The notes under the pieces are model-generated. The model worked only from the letters and a program-made list of their open reading frames with translations, searched no databases and was not told the origin of the DNA. DNA of 64,000 nt, taken from positions 544,001 through 608,000 of the forward strand of contig CAWEEQ010000004.1 of assembly GCA_963808235.1 (NCBI GenBank). The letters run 5' to 3'. A program made the translations under genes and the position numbers. This document shows positions 30,464 through 39,393 of the stretch, in pieces; the first letter of the stretch is position 1, and every line of letters begins with the position of its first letter. This DNA is from an uncultured delta proteobacterium. Lineage in GTDB: Bacteria; Desulfobacterota; Binatia; Binatales; Binataceae.

Positions 30464-31681
30464 ATGCTTAAGACCCCGGTTTACATGGACAATCACGCAA
30501 CGACGCGCGTGGATTCGCGCGTGCTCGAAGCGATGCTCCCGTATTTCACTGAGAAGTTCGGCAACGCCGCCAGCCGCAACCATAGCTTCGGCTGGGAAGC
30601 GGAAGAAGCCGTGGTTCGCGCCCGCGACCAGATTGCGGCGCTGATTGGCGCCAAGTCGAAGGAGATCATCTTCACAAGCGGCGCCACCGAGTCGGACAAC
30701 TTGGCGATCAAAGGCGTGCTCGAGTTCTACAAGGAAAAGGGCAACCACATCATCACCTGCGTCACCGAACACAAGGCGGTGCTCGACAGTTGCCGCGCAC
30801 TCGAGCGGGCCGGCAAGGCGACGGTGACATATCTCCCGGTCGATAAGTACGGGATGGTCGATCCCGATGCGGTTCGCAATGCGATCACCGACAAGACGGT
30901 GCTCATCACGATCATGTGGGCCAACAACGAGATTGGCACGATTCATCCGATCGCCGAGATCGGAAAGATTGCGAAGGAAAAGGGAGTCGTCTTCCACAGC
31001 GATGCGGTCCAGGCGATCGGGAAAGTGCCGGTTGATTTGGAAAAGGCGGGCGTCGATCTCGCGTCGATCACCGCGCACAAGATTTATGGGCCCAAGGGAA
31101 TCGGCGCTATCTACGTTCGGTCGAAGGGACCGCGCGTGCGTTTGAGTCCGATGATGGATGGCGGTGGGCATGAGCGCGGGATGCGCTCGGGCACGCTCAA
31201 CGTGCCGGGAATCGTTGGCCTCGGCGCGGCGTGCGAGCTTGCGGGCAAAGAGATGCCTGAGGAGTCGCAGCGCCTGATCCAGTTGCGCAGCCAGCTCCAG
31301 GCGGGGCTCTTCGAGCGCCTCGACGAGATTTACGTCAACGGTCATCCGACCGAGCGCTTGCCCGGCAATCTGAACGTCAGTTTTGCGTACGTCGAAGGCG
31401 AGTCGCTGCTGATGGGTATCAACGATATCGCGGTGAGCTCGGGCTCGGCCTGCACCTCGGCGACCCTCGAGCCGTCGTACGTGATTCGCGCGCTGGGTAT
31501 CGACGACGAGCTCGCGCACAGTTCGATTCGTTTCGGGCTCGGCCGTTTCAATACGGAAGAAGAGGTCGATTACGTGACCGATAGAGTTTCGAAGGAAGTG
31601 AAGCGGCTGCGCGATATGTCGCCGCTGTACGAGATGGCGAAAGAGGGAATCGATCTCAAGTCGGTCAATTGGAAATCTTAA
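30464..31681 (+). CDS. iscS: Cysteine desulfurase
   Basis: [26 protein letters not shown]. Confidence 0.97.
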   Translation: MLKTPVYMDNHATTRVDSRVLEAMLPYFTEKFGNAASRNHSFGWEAEEAVVRARDQIAALIGAKSKEIIFTSGATESDNLAIKGVLEFYKEKGNHIITCVTEHKAVLDSCRALERAGKATVTYLPVDKYGMVDPDAVRNAITDKTVLITIMWANNEIGTIHPIAEIGKIAKEKGVVFHSDAVQAIGKVPVDLEKAGVDLASITAHKIYGPKGIGAIYVRSKGPRVRLSPMMDGGGHERGMRSGTLNVPGIVGLGAACELAGKEMPEESQRLIQLRSQLQAGLFERLDEIYVNGHPTERLPGNLNVSFAYVEGESLLMGINDIAVSSGSACTSATLEPSYVIRALGIDDELAHSSIRFGLGRFNTEEEVDYVTDRVSKEVKRLRDMSPLYEMAKEGIDLKSVNWKS

Positions 31682-31711
31682 GGACGTCGGCGCGATCCAG
31701 GGAAAAAAATC

Positions 31712-32131
31712 ATGGCATATTCAGACAAGGTTATTGAGCACTACAACAATCCGCGCAACGTCGGCAGCTTCGCCAAAGACGAGGCCAATGTCGGCACCGG
31801 CGTGGTCGGTGCGCCCGAGTGCGGCGACGTGATGAAGCTGCAGCTCAAGATTAGCGACGCGGGCGTGATCGAAGATGCGCGCTTCAAGACCTTCGGATGC
31901 GGCAGCGCGATAGCAAGTTCGAGCTACGTCACCGAGCTGGTCAAGGGCAAGCATATCGACGAAGCGATGACGATCAAGAACACCGTCATCGTCAAAGAAT
32001 TGAACCTGCCGCCGGTGAAAATTCACTGCTCGGTGCTGGCCGAGGATGCGATCAAAGCCGCAATCACCGACTGGCGTAAGCGCAAGGGCGGCGACGGCGC
32101 GGGAGAATCCGACAAGGCTAAAGAGGCGTAA
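31712..32131 (+). CDS. iscU: Fe-S scaffold protein
   Basis: GAPECGD, FGCGSA, LPPVKIHC. Confidence 0.97.
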   Translation: MAYSDKVIEHYNNPRNVGSFAKDEANVGTGVVGAPECGDVMKLQLKISDAGVIEDARFKTFGCGSAIASSSYVTELVKGKHIDEAMTIKNTVIVKELNLPPVKIHCSVLAEDAIKAAITDWRKRKGGDGAGESDKAKEA

Positions 32132-32140
32132 GTAGTTCCA

Positions 32141-32464
32141 ATGGCTGTGATTTCACTTTCCGAGGGCGCTGCCCAGAAGATCAAGCAGCTGGTCGCCGAC
32201 AAGGGCGAAGGCGCGGGCTTGCGCGTGAAAGTTGTCGGCGGCGGATGCTCAGGCTTGCAGTACCGGATGGAAATCGACGCGGCCAAGGAGCGCGACAAGG
32301 TTTTCGAGCGCGATGGCGCCCGTCTGATCGTCGACAAGAAAAGCTTTTTGTATCTGAACGGCTCGGAACTCGACTACGGCGAAGAGCTGATGTCGTCGGG
32401 GTTCAAGGTTGTCAATCCGAACGCGAAGCGCAGTTGTGGGTGCGGGGAATCGTTCGTCGTATGA
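32141..32464 (+). CDS. iscA: Fe-S assembly A-type carrier
   Basis: GGGCSG, CGCGESF. Confidence 0.93.
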   Translation: MAVISLSEGAAQKIKQLVADKGEGAGLRVKVVGGGCSGLQYRMEIDAAKERDKVFERDGARLIVDKKSFLYLNGSELDYGEELMSSGFKVVNPNAKRSCGCGESFVV

Positions 32465-32496
32465 ACGTGCGGACGTGGGGAGACTGATGTCTCATT

Positions 32497-33141
32497 ATGG
32501 TCGAATGCCTCTCATGTGGACGGCGGCAAGAGCCGCGGCTGATTTGCGCTGATTGCGGCACGCCGCTGTCGGCGGCGCTCACGCTCGACTGTTTCGCTGC
32601 ACTCGGACTTCCCCGAAAGCTGAGCATCGATCTCGCCGCGCTGGAGCGCAGCTACCACGAACTAAGCCGCAAGATTCATCCCGACCGCTTCGCCTCGCGC
32701 GACGTTGCAATACGCGACGCGAGTCTCCGCGCGACCGCATTGCTGACCCGCGCATATCGCACGCTGCGCGATCCTGCCGCGCGCGGACTCTACTGGCTCG
32801 AGCTCAAGGGCGAGAAGCTAGCCGAGAATAACAAGCGCGTGCCGGCCGACCTCGCGGAACTGGTCTTCGAAGTCCAGGAGCAACTCGCCGATATGCACGA
32901 CGCTCCCACCGACTCCGGCCTCGCTGCCGAAGTGTCGAAGCGTCGCGGCGAGCTTCAAGTGACGATGGATGAAACCGTAGCCGAGCTTGAACGTAATTTT
33001 ATTCGGTGGGATCAGAGTGCGTCTCGGGAACACCATCAAATGCTCACAACCGAACTGAAGGCGATCCTCTCCAAGATTGCCTACCTGCGTACACTGATTC
33101 GCGACGTCGATCGCGCGCTGGAGAACTCGAAGGCAGCTTAG
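32497..33141 (+). CDS. hscB: Fe-S co-chaperone (J domain with N-terminal tetra-Cys motif)
   Basis: HPD motif, AYRTLRDP, N-terminal CxxC..CxxC. Confidence 0.92.
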   Translation: MVECLSCGRRQEPRLICADCGTPLSAALTLDCFAALGLPRKLSIDLAALERSYHELSRKIHPDRFASRDVAIRDASLRATALLTRAYRTLRDPAARGLYWLELKGEKLAENNKRVPADLAELVFEVQEQLADMHDAPTDSGLAAEVSKRRGELQVTMDETVAELERNFIRWDQSASREHHQMLTTELKAILSKIAYLRTLIRDVDRALENSKAA

Positions 33142-33144
33142 AAG

Positions 33145-35013
33145 ATGACGCGAATTTTCGGCATCGACCTCGGCACCACCAACAGCCTTATCGCCGCGAT
33201 GGAAAACGGCGCGCCGCGCGTTATCGCCGTCGGCGAGAAGGGCAAGGCGCTGCTCCCGAGCGTGGTCGCGATCGCGCCCGATGGCGCCGTCGCGGTGGGT
33301 GAGCGGGCGATCGAGATGGAACCGCATCTGACCGTGGAACGCGACGGTAAAGTCAGCGCGGTCGGTTATCCGGGCGGCGAATATGGCGCAGTGATCCGGT
33401 CGGTCAAGCGATACATGGGACTCGGCGGCGAGGAGCTCGCACCCGAGGATCGCGCGCGCTACACGTTCGCCGATCTCACCGGTCCGGTGGTCCGCTTCCA
33501 GATTGGCAAGCGCGTATTCACTCCGTCGCAAATCTCGGCCGAAATTCTGCGCGCACTCAAAGACAGCGCCGAACGCGCAGTTGCCGATGGAGAAAAAGTC
33601 GAGCGCGTTGTGATCACCGTGCCCGCGTACTTCAACGACGGCCAGCGACAGGCGACCAAGGACGCCGGCCGCCTTGCCGGTCTCGACGTCGTGCGCCTGG
33701 TGAACGAGCCGACCGCGGCATCGCTTGCCTACGGGCTGAACAAGCTCGCGACCGGCAACGTCGCGGTCTACGACTTCGGCGGCGGCACTTTCGACATTTC
33801 AATTTTGAGCATCAAGGAGGGAATCTTCGAGGTGCTCGCGACCAACGGCGATACTCATCTCGGCGGCGACGATATCGATCGCGCGATCGTCGATTGGCTG
33901 CTCGCCGAATTGCCCGACACCGTCAAGCTCGATCGCCATGTATGGAACAGCGCGCGCATGGCCGCTGAGGATGCCAAGCGGCGACTCAGCGATCTTGCGG
34001 AGACCGACATCGTTGTCGAGCTGCCGGGCCATTCGATTCGCAAGCATCTGACGCGCGACAGTCTCGAGCAGATGGCCGAGCCGCTCGTCGCACGCACTCT
34101 CAAACGATGTCAACTTGCGCTCGCCGACGCGAAGCTCAAGTCGAGCGATGTCGACGCGGTCGTCCTGGTCGGCGGGTCGACGCGGATGCCGATTGTTCGC
34201 CAGCGGGTTGCCAGGATGTTCCATAAAGAACCTTTGTGTTCGATAGATCCCGACGAAGTGGTTGCGCTGGGAGCCGCAGTTCAGGCTTCCGTGCTAATGG
34301 GAAATCAGGGCGACATGCTGCTGCTCGACGTGGTGCCGCTGTCGCTGGGGATCGAAACCATGGGGGGAGTCATGGAGCGGTTGATTCACCGCAACACCAC
34401 TATTCCGACCAGTGTGACCGAGGGGTTCACCACGGCTGTGGATAACCAAACCCACGTGGACGTTCATGTTTTGCAAGGAGAGCGAGAGCTTGCTAAGGAT
34501 TGCCGTAGCCTCGCGCGCTTCAAGCTGGGGCCGATTCAGTCTCAGCCGGCAGGCGTACCCCGCATCGAGGTCACTTTCCTCATCGATGCAAACGGGATAC
34601 TAAATGTCAATGCGCGCGATGAGCGCACTGGCCGCGAGCATTCGGTCGACGTCAAGCCGAGTTACGGTCTGACCGACGATGAAATCGAGCGAATGCTCGA
34701 AGAGGCCATCGACCTGGGAGAGCAGGATCTCGAGGAGCGCCTGCTGATTTCGTCCCGCAACGACGCTGAGCAGATTCTGGGCGCGCTCAGAAAACAGCTC
34801 GGCGAATTCGGGGCAATGGTCGATCGCAGCGAGCGAGCGCGCATGGATGAGGTGGTGGAGCGGCTGGAGGCGGCCCGGAAGGGAACCGATCGCGAGCTAA
34901 TCGCAAAACTCGTCGAGGAGCTGAACGAGATTACCACTCCGTTCGCGGAGCGGATTATGGACGCCGCTATTGGGCTGGCGCTGGAAAAGAAGTCGGTCGA
35001 AGAATTGTCGTAG
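33145..35013 (+). CDS. hscA: Fe-S chaperone Hsp70
   Basis: GIDLGTTNS, DFGGGTFD, VKPSYGL, operon context. Confidence 0.92.
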   Translation: MTRIFGIDLGTTNSLIAAMENGAPRVIAVGEKGKALLPSVVAIAPDGAVAVGERAIEMEPHLTVERDGKVSAVGYPGGEYGAVIRSVKRYMGLGGEELAPEDRARYTFADLTGPVVRFQIGKRVFTPSQISAEILRALKDSAERAVADGEKVERVVITVPAYFNDGQRQATKDAGRLAGLDVVRLVNEPTAASLAYGLNKLATGNVAVYDFGGGTFDISILSIKEGIFEVLATNGDTHLGGDDIDRAIVDWLLAELPDTVKLDRHVWNSARMAAEDAKRRLSDLAETDIVVELPGHSIRKHLTRDSLEQMAEPLVARTLKRCQLALADAKLKSSDVDAVVLVGGSTRMPIVRQRVARMFHKEPLCSIDPDEVVALGAAVQASVLMGNQGDMLLLDVVPLSLGIETMGGVMERLIHRNTTIPTSVTEGFTTAVDNQTHVDVHVLQGERELAKDCRSLARFKLGPIQSQPAGVPRIEVTFLIDANGILNVNARDERTGREHSVDVKPSYGLTDDEIERMLEEAIDLGEQDLEERLLISSRNDAEQILGALRKQLGEFGAMVDRSERARMDEVVERLEAARKGTDRELIAKLVEELNEITTPFAERIMDAAIGLALEKKSVEELS

Positions 35014-35032
35014 TGAAGGAAGCTTAAGCACC

Positions 35033-35257
35033 ATGGGACTCAAGTGGGATCAGGCTGAAGAACTCGCGGAGGTGCTCGCGGAAAATCATCCGGGGCTGAA
35101 TCCGCTCGACGCGCGATTTACCGATCTGCGCCAGTGGGTGATCGATCTCGACGAGTTCGACGACAATCGCGAGGGCTCCAACGAGGCGAAACTGGAAGCA
35201 ATCCAGATGGCTTGGCACGAAATCTATAAGGAACAGAACGAAGACGAATCTGAATAG
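35033..35257 (+). CDS. iscX: Fe-S assembly protein IscX
   Basis: LKW..RFTDLRQWV..FDD..SNEAKLEAIQMAW. Confidence 0.93.
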   Translation: MGLKWDQAEELAEVLAENHPGLNPLDARFTDLRQWVIDLDEFDDNREGSNEAKLEAIQMAWHEIYKEQNEDESE

Positions 35258-35298
35258 GCGTAGGCGTGACTACGTCATACTAGGGAGGAGGAAGGGCG

Positions 35299-35913
35299 GT
35301 GGATGCACGCACGAATGTGAAGGCGGAAAACGGAGATAAGATGCAGGAAAAGGAAACACTGGACGAGAGGTTGCCGTCGCTCTTTGAGCCCGACACTCTG
35401 TTGCCCATACAATACTTCGAGGCGATGCGCCGCAAGCATCTGCTCGAAGGCGAGAAGCGGCTCATCCTGAGCGTGCTCGAGGATGCGATCGAGTGCTTCA
35501 TGAAGTGCATCGACGCGTCCACGAGCAAAGGTCAGCGATTGTTCCGCGATGCCGACGAGTGGATCGCGCATGAAGACAAGCGTTGGGTTTTTTCCTTCGA
35601 CAACGTTTGCGACATGCTCGATATCAATCCCGAGTATATGCGGACGGGACTGCGCAAGTGGAAAGACAAACGGCTCGACGCGATTGCGCGCCGCCGCGCC
35701 GCGATGGTGCTGGAGGCTGAGCGCGCGGCCGCGGAAGCGGCGCTACTGCCCGCGGGAACTCCTGCGCCAGCGCCCGCAGTGCAGGCTCCGGCTGCCGCAT
35801 CGATTCAGAAGCCGGCCAAAGTGGCGGCCAAGCCGGCGCGCGTCAAGCACCGCCCGCAGCGCGTAAGAGCTGCAAAGCGCTCGGCAGGCAAACTGCGCAA
35901 AGCGCGCGCATAG
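35299..35913 (+). CDS. Hypothetical helical protein with Ala/Pro/Lys-rich C-terminal tail
   Basis: GEKRLILSVLEDAIECF..ADEWI..FSFDNVCDMLDINPEYMR, GGAGGAGG RBS, terminator downstream. Confidence 0.8.
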   Translation: MDARTNVKAENGDKMQEKETLDERLPSLFEPDTLLPIQYFEAMRRKHLLEGEKRLILSVLEDAIECFMKCIDASTSKGQRLFRDADEWIAHEDKRWVFSFDNVCDMLDINPEYMRTGLRKWKDKRLDAIARRRAAMVLEAERAAAEAALLPAGTPAPAPAVQAPAAASIQKPAKVAAKPARVKHRPQRVRAAKRSAGKLRKARA

Positions 35914-35942
35914 CTGTCAGACTGGGCGAAATAGTAAGAACA

Positions 35943-35977
35943 AGGAGGCGGCTCGCCGGAGCCGCCTCTTCTTTTTG
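35943..35977 (+). terminator. Rho-independent terminator
   Basis: gaggcggctc-gccg-gagccgcctc followed by ttctttttg. Confidence 0.8.
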
Positions 35978-36053
35978 CATCGGCTTCCGCCAAAGGGGTC
36001 AGGGGTAAGGTTCCTTGTAAACAGGCGCCCGCTCCGACACGATCCCGATTGCC

Positions 36054-36332
36054 ATGCCTCTGCGGACCAAAATCGAATGCCCCGAGTGCGACGCCGACCT
36101 GGTCGTCAAGCGCGGCGGCGTATGCCCGAACTGCGGAGCGAAGATAAGCGAGCACGTCGCCCGGGTCCGCGCACGCGAGAAGCGAATCGAGCAGATAGTC
36201 GCGATCGTCGCGACCGGGCTGGTGCTCGCGCTCCTGGTCGTGACCAGCGGCGCCACCCTGCTCGAGGGTGTCGCGGCTTACGCGGTCGTCGGCGCGGTGA
36301 TGTACTTTCTCGCGCGCCGGACGTTTGTCTGA
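36054..36332 (+). CDS. Small zinc-ribbon, two-TM membrane protein
   Basis: CPEC..CPNC followed by two hydrophobic helices. Confidence 0.75.
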   Translation: MPLRTKIECPECDADLVVKRGGVCPNCGAKISEHVARVRAREKRIEQIVAIVATGLVLALLVVTSGATLLEGVAAYAVVGAVMYFLARRTFV

Positions 36333-36534
36333 CCGGCTCAACTCTGAGTCATCTGAACGTTTGTTAATTTCCGATCGTTGCAAACCGGCCAAACCTGAAC
36401 GTGCGTTAACCTGTTCTCTCCGTTGACGTTTATCGTTTTCGGACTATTCACTTCGTGTATCCGAAGTCCCTCCATTTCGTATTTATAGCCATGCAGACCG
36501 TGGGCCTTGAAGGGAGTTTACGAAATCGAGCCGG

Positions 36535-36550
36535 TGGCATCCTTAATGCT
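36535..36550 (+). promoter_or_regulatory. Sigma-54 (-24/-12) promoter
   Basis: TGGCATCCTTAATGCT (GG-N10-GC), 28 nt before ATG 36579. Confidence 0.75.
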
Positions 36551-36578
36551 CCTTCTGTCGAATAGAGGTAACCGAGAA

Positions 36579-37262
36579 ATGAAGTCCAAACGAAATCTGA
36601 TGACGATGCTGGTTGGTCTCGCGATGCTTGCGACGCCGATAACTGCGGCGGCCAAGGATCACAATCACGATGCGGCCAACTATTCGCATGCGTCGCAGGT
36701 GCGCACATTCAATGCTCCCGCGCGTGGTGTCAAGGTCGGGACCGCAGCGGAGTACCGCAATGAAGGCCCGCTAGCTCATCGCGACTGGAATGCAGCTCAT
36801 CGCGAATGGACCCGCGGCTACGGCTACGGCGGTCCAGGCTACGTCGGTCCAAACTACTACGGTCCCGGCTACTACGGCGGATCAGCGGCCCCCTACTATG
36901 GAGCGCCGGGTTATGCGGGTTACGCGGGCGGAGGATCATGCGCACAGGCGCGCAGGGTCATGAACGTCTATCAGCGTGACCGTTACACTGGGCATCCAGC
37001 AGCCGCTGCGGACTATCTCCGACAGAATCAGTGGGCGTTCCGTAGTGGATGTGGTGGTGGAGCCGTAGGGCCCAGGGCCGGCGGGCTGTTTAGTGGCTTG
37101 GGCGGCTTCGGTGGAGCGCCTGCGTACCGCGGGCCCGCTGGATACAATGGCGGCGGCTACGGACAGCCTTACGGTGGTGGTTACGGCCAGCCCTACGGCG
37201 GCGGTTATGGCCAGCCCAACGGTGGCGGTCTTGGCGGCATACTCCAGCAGTTCGTTCACTAG
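36579..37262 (+). CDS. Secreted Gly/Tyr/Pro-rich low-complexity protein
   Basis: Signal peptide, GPxYY repeats, GGGYGQPY repeats, CAQARRVMNVYQRDRYTGHPAAAADYL core, GAGGT RBS. Confidence 0.8.
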   Translation: MKSKRNLMTMLVGLAMLATPITAAAKDHNHDAANYSHASQVRTFNAPARGVKVGTAAEYRNEGPLAHRDWNAAHREWTRGYGYGGPGYVGPNYYGPGYYGGSAAPYYGAPGYAGYAGGGSCAQARRVMNVYQRDRYTGHPAAAADYLRQNQWAFRSGCGGGAVGPRAGGLFSGLGGFGGAPAYRGPAGYNGGGYGQPYGGGYGQPYGGGYGQPNGGGLGGILQQFVH

Positions 37263-37290
37263 TCCCTGACCATTCCTCCTGGTCCTGACG

Positions 37291-37330
37291 ACCAACGCGC
37301 GCCCCGTCTCCTCCCGGCGGGGCGCGTCGC
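37291..37330 (+). terminator. Terminator hairpin (paralogous to 38344-38386)
   Basis: acgcgcgccccgtctcctcccggcggggcgcgt. Confidence 0.65.
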
Positions 37331-37581
37331 TATTCGGGCCTTGCCATCCGCACTCATCACGCGCGCCAAAGCAGCATCCTTGGGTCCGTCCCGCTCGGTT
37401 GAACTTCCGCGGCGCTCAACCATGAACGCGCATTAACCTGCTCTCTGAAGCGCCATTTTGGTCTTTTCGTCAGTCGAAAACGTGTATCCCAAATTTGCCG
37501 GTTTCGTTGTTTCCAGTCATTTCGTCATTGCCACTTGTAAATACCGATTGTGTTGCAAGGATTTTTCGACGTTGAGCCGAT

Positions 37582-37597
37582 TGGCATCCTCATTGCT
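37582..37597 (+). promoter_or_regulatory. Sigma-54 (-24/-12) promoter
   Basis: TGGCATCCTCATTGCT, 26 nt before ATG 37624. Confidence 0.8.
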
Positions 37598-37623
37598 GTA
37601 TCAGGGTAGAGGTTAAAGTGACT

Positions 37624-38316
37624 ATGAAATACAAAAGTCTAGTAACGGGGTTGATAGGTTTCGCGATGCTCGCGATGCCGATTGCCGCGGCTGCGCAGAA
37701 TCCTCCTAACGGCAGGAACGATTCGCACCAGTCGCAATCGGCGCCGCCCAACGCGTCGGCGCATTCCAGCGCTCCGACCCACAACGAGATGTCGGGCAAC
37801 GCCGGTCGGCATGAGTCCCGCGATCAGAATGCCAGCCGTCCCATGAAGTCGGAACCGGCTACGGCGACTCGAAATGAGTCCCGCGACCAGCGCACCAGCC
37901 GCACCGTCAATACCGAGCCGGCCACGGCGACTCGAAACGAGTCTCACGCCAATCGCAACGTCGAGGCGGGGCGCACAGTGACCGAGAATCGTGAAGGGCG
38001 GACGGATCGTGGCGATGGGCGGACATACGGCGATAACGGCCACGATCGTGACTGGAACCATGATCACGACCGTGACCACGACCGTGATTGGAACCATGGC
38101 CACTATGAAGACTACTCCTACGGAGCTCCCTACGACGTGATGCCGCAGGGTTATGCCGGTGGCGCATGCGGATGGGCTCGGCATCTTCGCGCCGTCTACA
38201 ACCATGACCGCTACACCGGTCATCCGGCAGCCGCAGAAGACCTTCTGCCGCGACTGCGCAGGGCGGAGCGAGCGTGCGGCGGAGTACCCTACGGATACAA
38301 TGGCTATAGGTACTAA
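37624..38316 (+). CDS. Secreted low-complexity protein with 21-aa and HDRD repeats
   Basis: Signal peptide, ESRDQxxSRxxxxEPATATRN twice, HDRDWNH repeats, CGWARHLRAVYNHDRYTGHPAAAEDLL core. Confidence 0.8.
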   Translation: MKYKSLVTGLIGFAMLAMPIAAAAQNPPNGRNDSHQSQSAPPNASAHSSAPTHNEMSGNAGRHESRDQNASRPMKSEPATATRNESRDQRTSRTVNTEPATATRNESHANRNVEAGRTVTENREGRTDRGDGRTYGDNGHDRDWNHDHDRDHDRDWNHGHYEDYSYGAPYDVMPQGYAGGACGWARHLRAVYNHDRYTGHPAAAEDLLPRLRRAERACGGVPYGYNGYRY

Positions 38317-38343
38317 CTTCCCAACTACCACCAGGTACCAATA

Positions 38344-38386
38344 ACCAACGCGCGCCCCGTCCCTCCCGGCGGGGCGCGTTTTTTTA
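38344..38386 (+). terminator. Rho-independent terminator
   Basis: aacgcgcgccccgtccctcccggcggggcgcg followed by a T run. Confidence 0.8.
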
Positions 38387-39382
38387 GGCCGCGGCCAGGC
38401 GTTCCATCGCGCGTAATATCCTAGTCCGTCGTTCCTCTGGAGTCGGCGCGAACGACGCGAATTGCAGCGCCGTGGTCGTGATACCGGCGCGCCCATATTC
38501 GGCGAGCCGCTGCTTGCATTTCTCCGCGGTGCCGAACACGAAGATCTTCTCAACCATTTCGTCGGAGACCGATTCGAGGGCCTTCTTCCGATCGCCCGCG
38601 TTCCAGGCGTCGATCGCGACCGTCGCTTCATTGTCGTAGCCGATCTCGCGGAAGAACTTGTTGTACTGCGGCACTGTAACGTAGGCGGTCAGCGAGCGGC
38701 GGAAAAGATTGCGCGTCACCGCTTCATCTTCGTCAACGGCCACGATTATTCTGCACACCACGTCGAGCGTGGCGGGATCTTTGCCGGCGGAGCGCATGCC
38801 GTCGCGGGTATGCTCGAGCATCGCGGGCAGCGTCTCGGGTGTGATGAAATTTACGATCACGCCGTCGCCAATCTCACCGGCGATCCGCAGCATTTTGGTG
38901 CCCTGGGCTCCGATATAAATCTTCGGCGCAAACTCGATCGGCCCGTCCAGGCGAAAGCCGTTTATCTTGACCATCTTGCCCGCCATCGTGACCTTCTCGC
39001 CGCGGAAGATTGCGCGCAGCGCCTCGACCGTCTCGCGCATCTGGGTCACGGGTTTGCGAAACGGCACGCCCATCCACTGCTCGACGATATTGGGCGTCGA
39101 AATTCCGAGCCCCAGGATAAAGCGCCCGCCCGCAAGCTGGTTGGTGGTGACCGCGGACATCGCGATCAGCGGCGCCGGCCGCGTGAACACCGGGATGATC
39201 GCGCATCCGAAGCGCAGCTTGTCGGAAAGCATCGCGGCGGCGGCGATCGGCGCGAACGCGTCAGACGAGAACGACTCGTACGACCACGCGTCGGTGTAGC
39301 CGCATCGATCTGCGGCTTTGACCAGCTCGGGAAAATGGCGGCCCAGGAACGGTTCGAACGGGAGAGTGATTCCATTGCGCAT
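38384..39382 (-). CDS. LLM-class (luciferase-like) flavin/F420-dependent oxidoreductase
   Basis: AWSYE, GRFILGLGIS, KIYIGAQGTKMLRIAGEIGDG. Confidence 0.9.
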   Translation of the reverse strand: MRNGITLPFEPFLGRHFPELVKAADRCGYTDAWSYESFSSDAFAPIAAAAMLSDKLRFGCAIIPVFTRPAPLIAMSAVTTNQLAGGRFILGLGISTPNIVEQWMGVPFRKPVTQMRETVEALRAIFRGEKVTMAGKMVKINGFRLDGPIEFAPKIYIGAQGTKMLRIAGEIGDGVIVNFITPETLPAMLEHTRDGMRSAGKDPATLDVVCRIIVAVDEDEAVTRNLFRRSLTAYVTVPQYNKFFREIGYDNEATVAIDAWNAGDRKKALESVSDEMVEKIFVFGTAEKCKQRLAEYGRAGITTTALQFASFAPTPEERRTRILRAMERLAAA

Positions 39383-39393
39383 TTCTTCTTTCC

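Noticed and set aside
33145-35013. Call as dnaK
   Set aside because: Its position between hscB and iscX, and the VKPSYGL motif, favour hscA.
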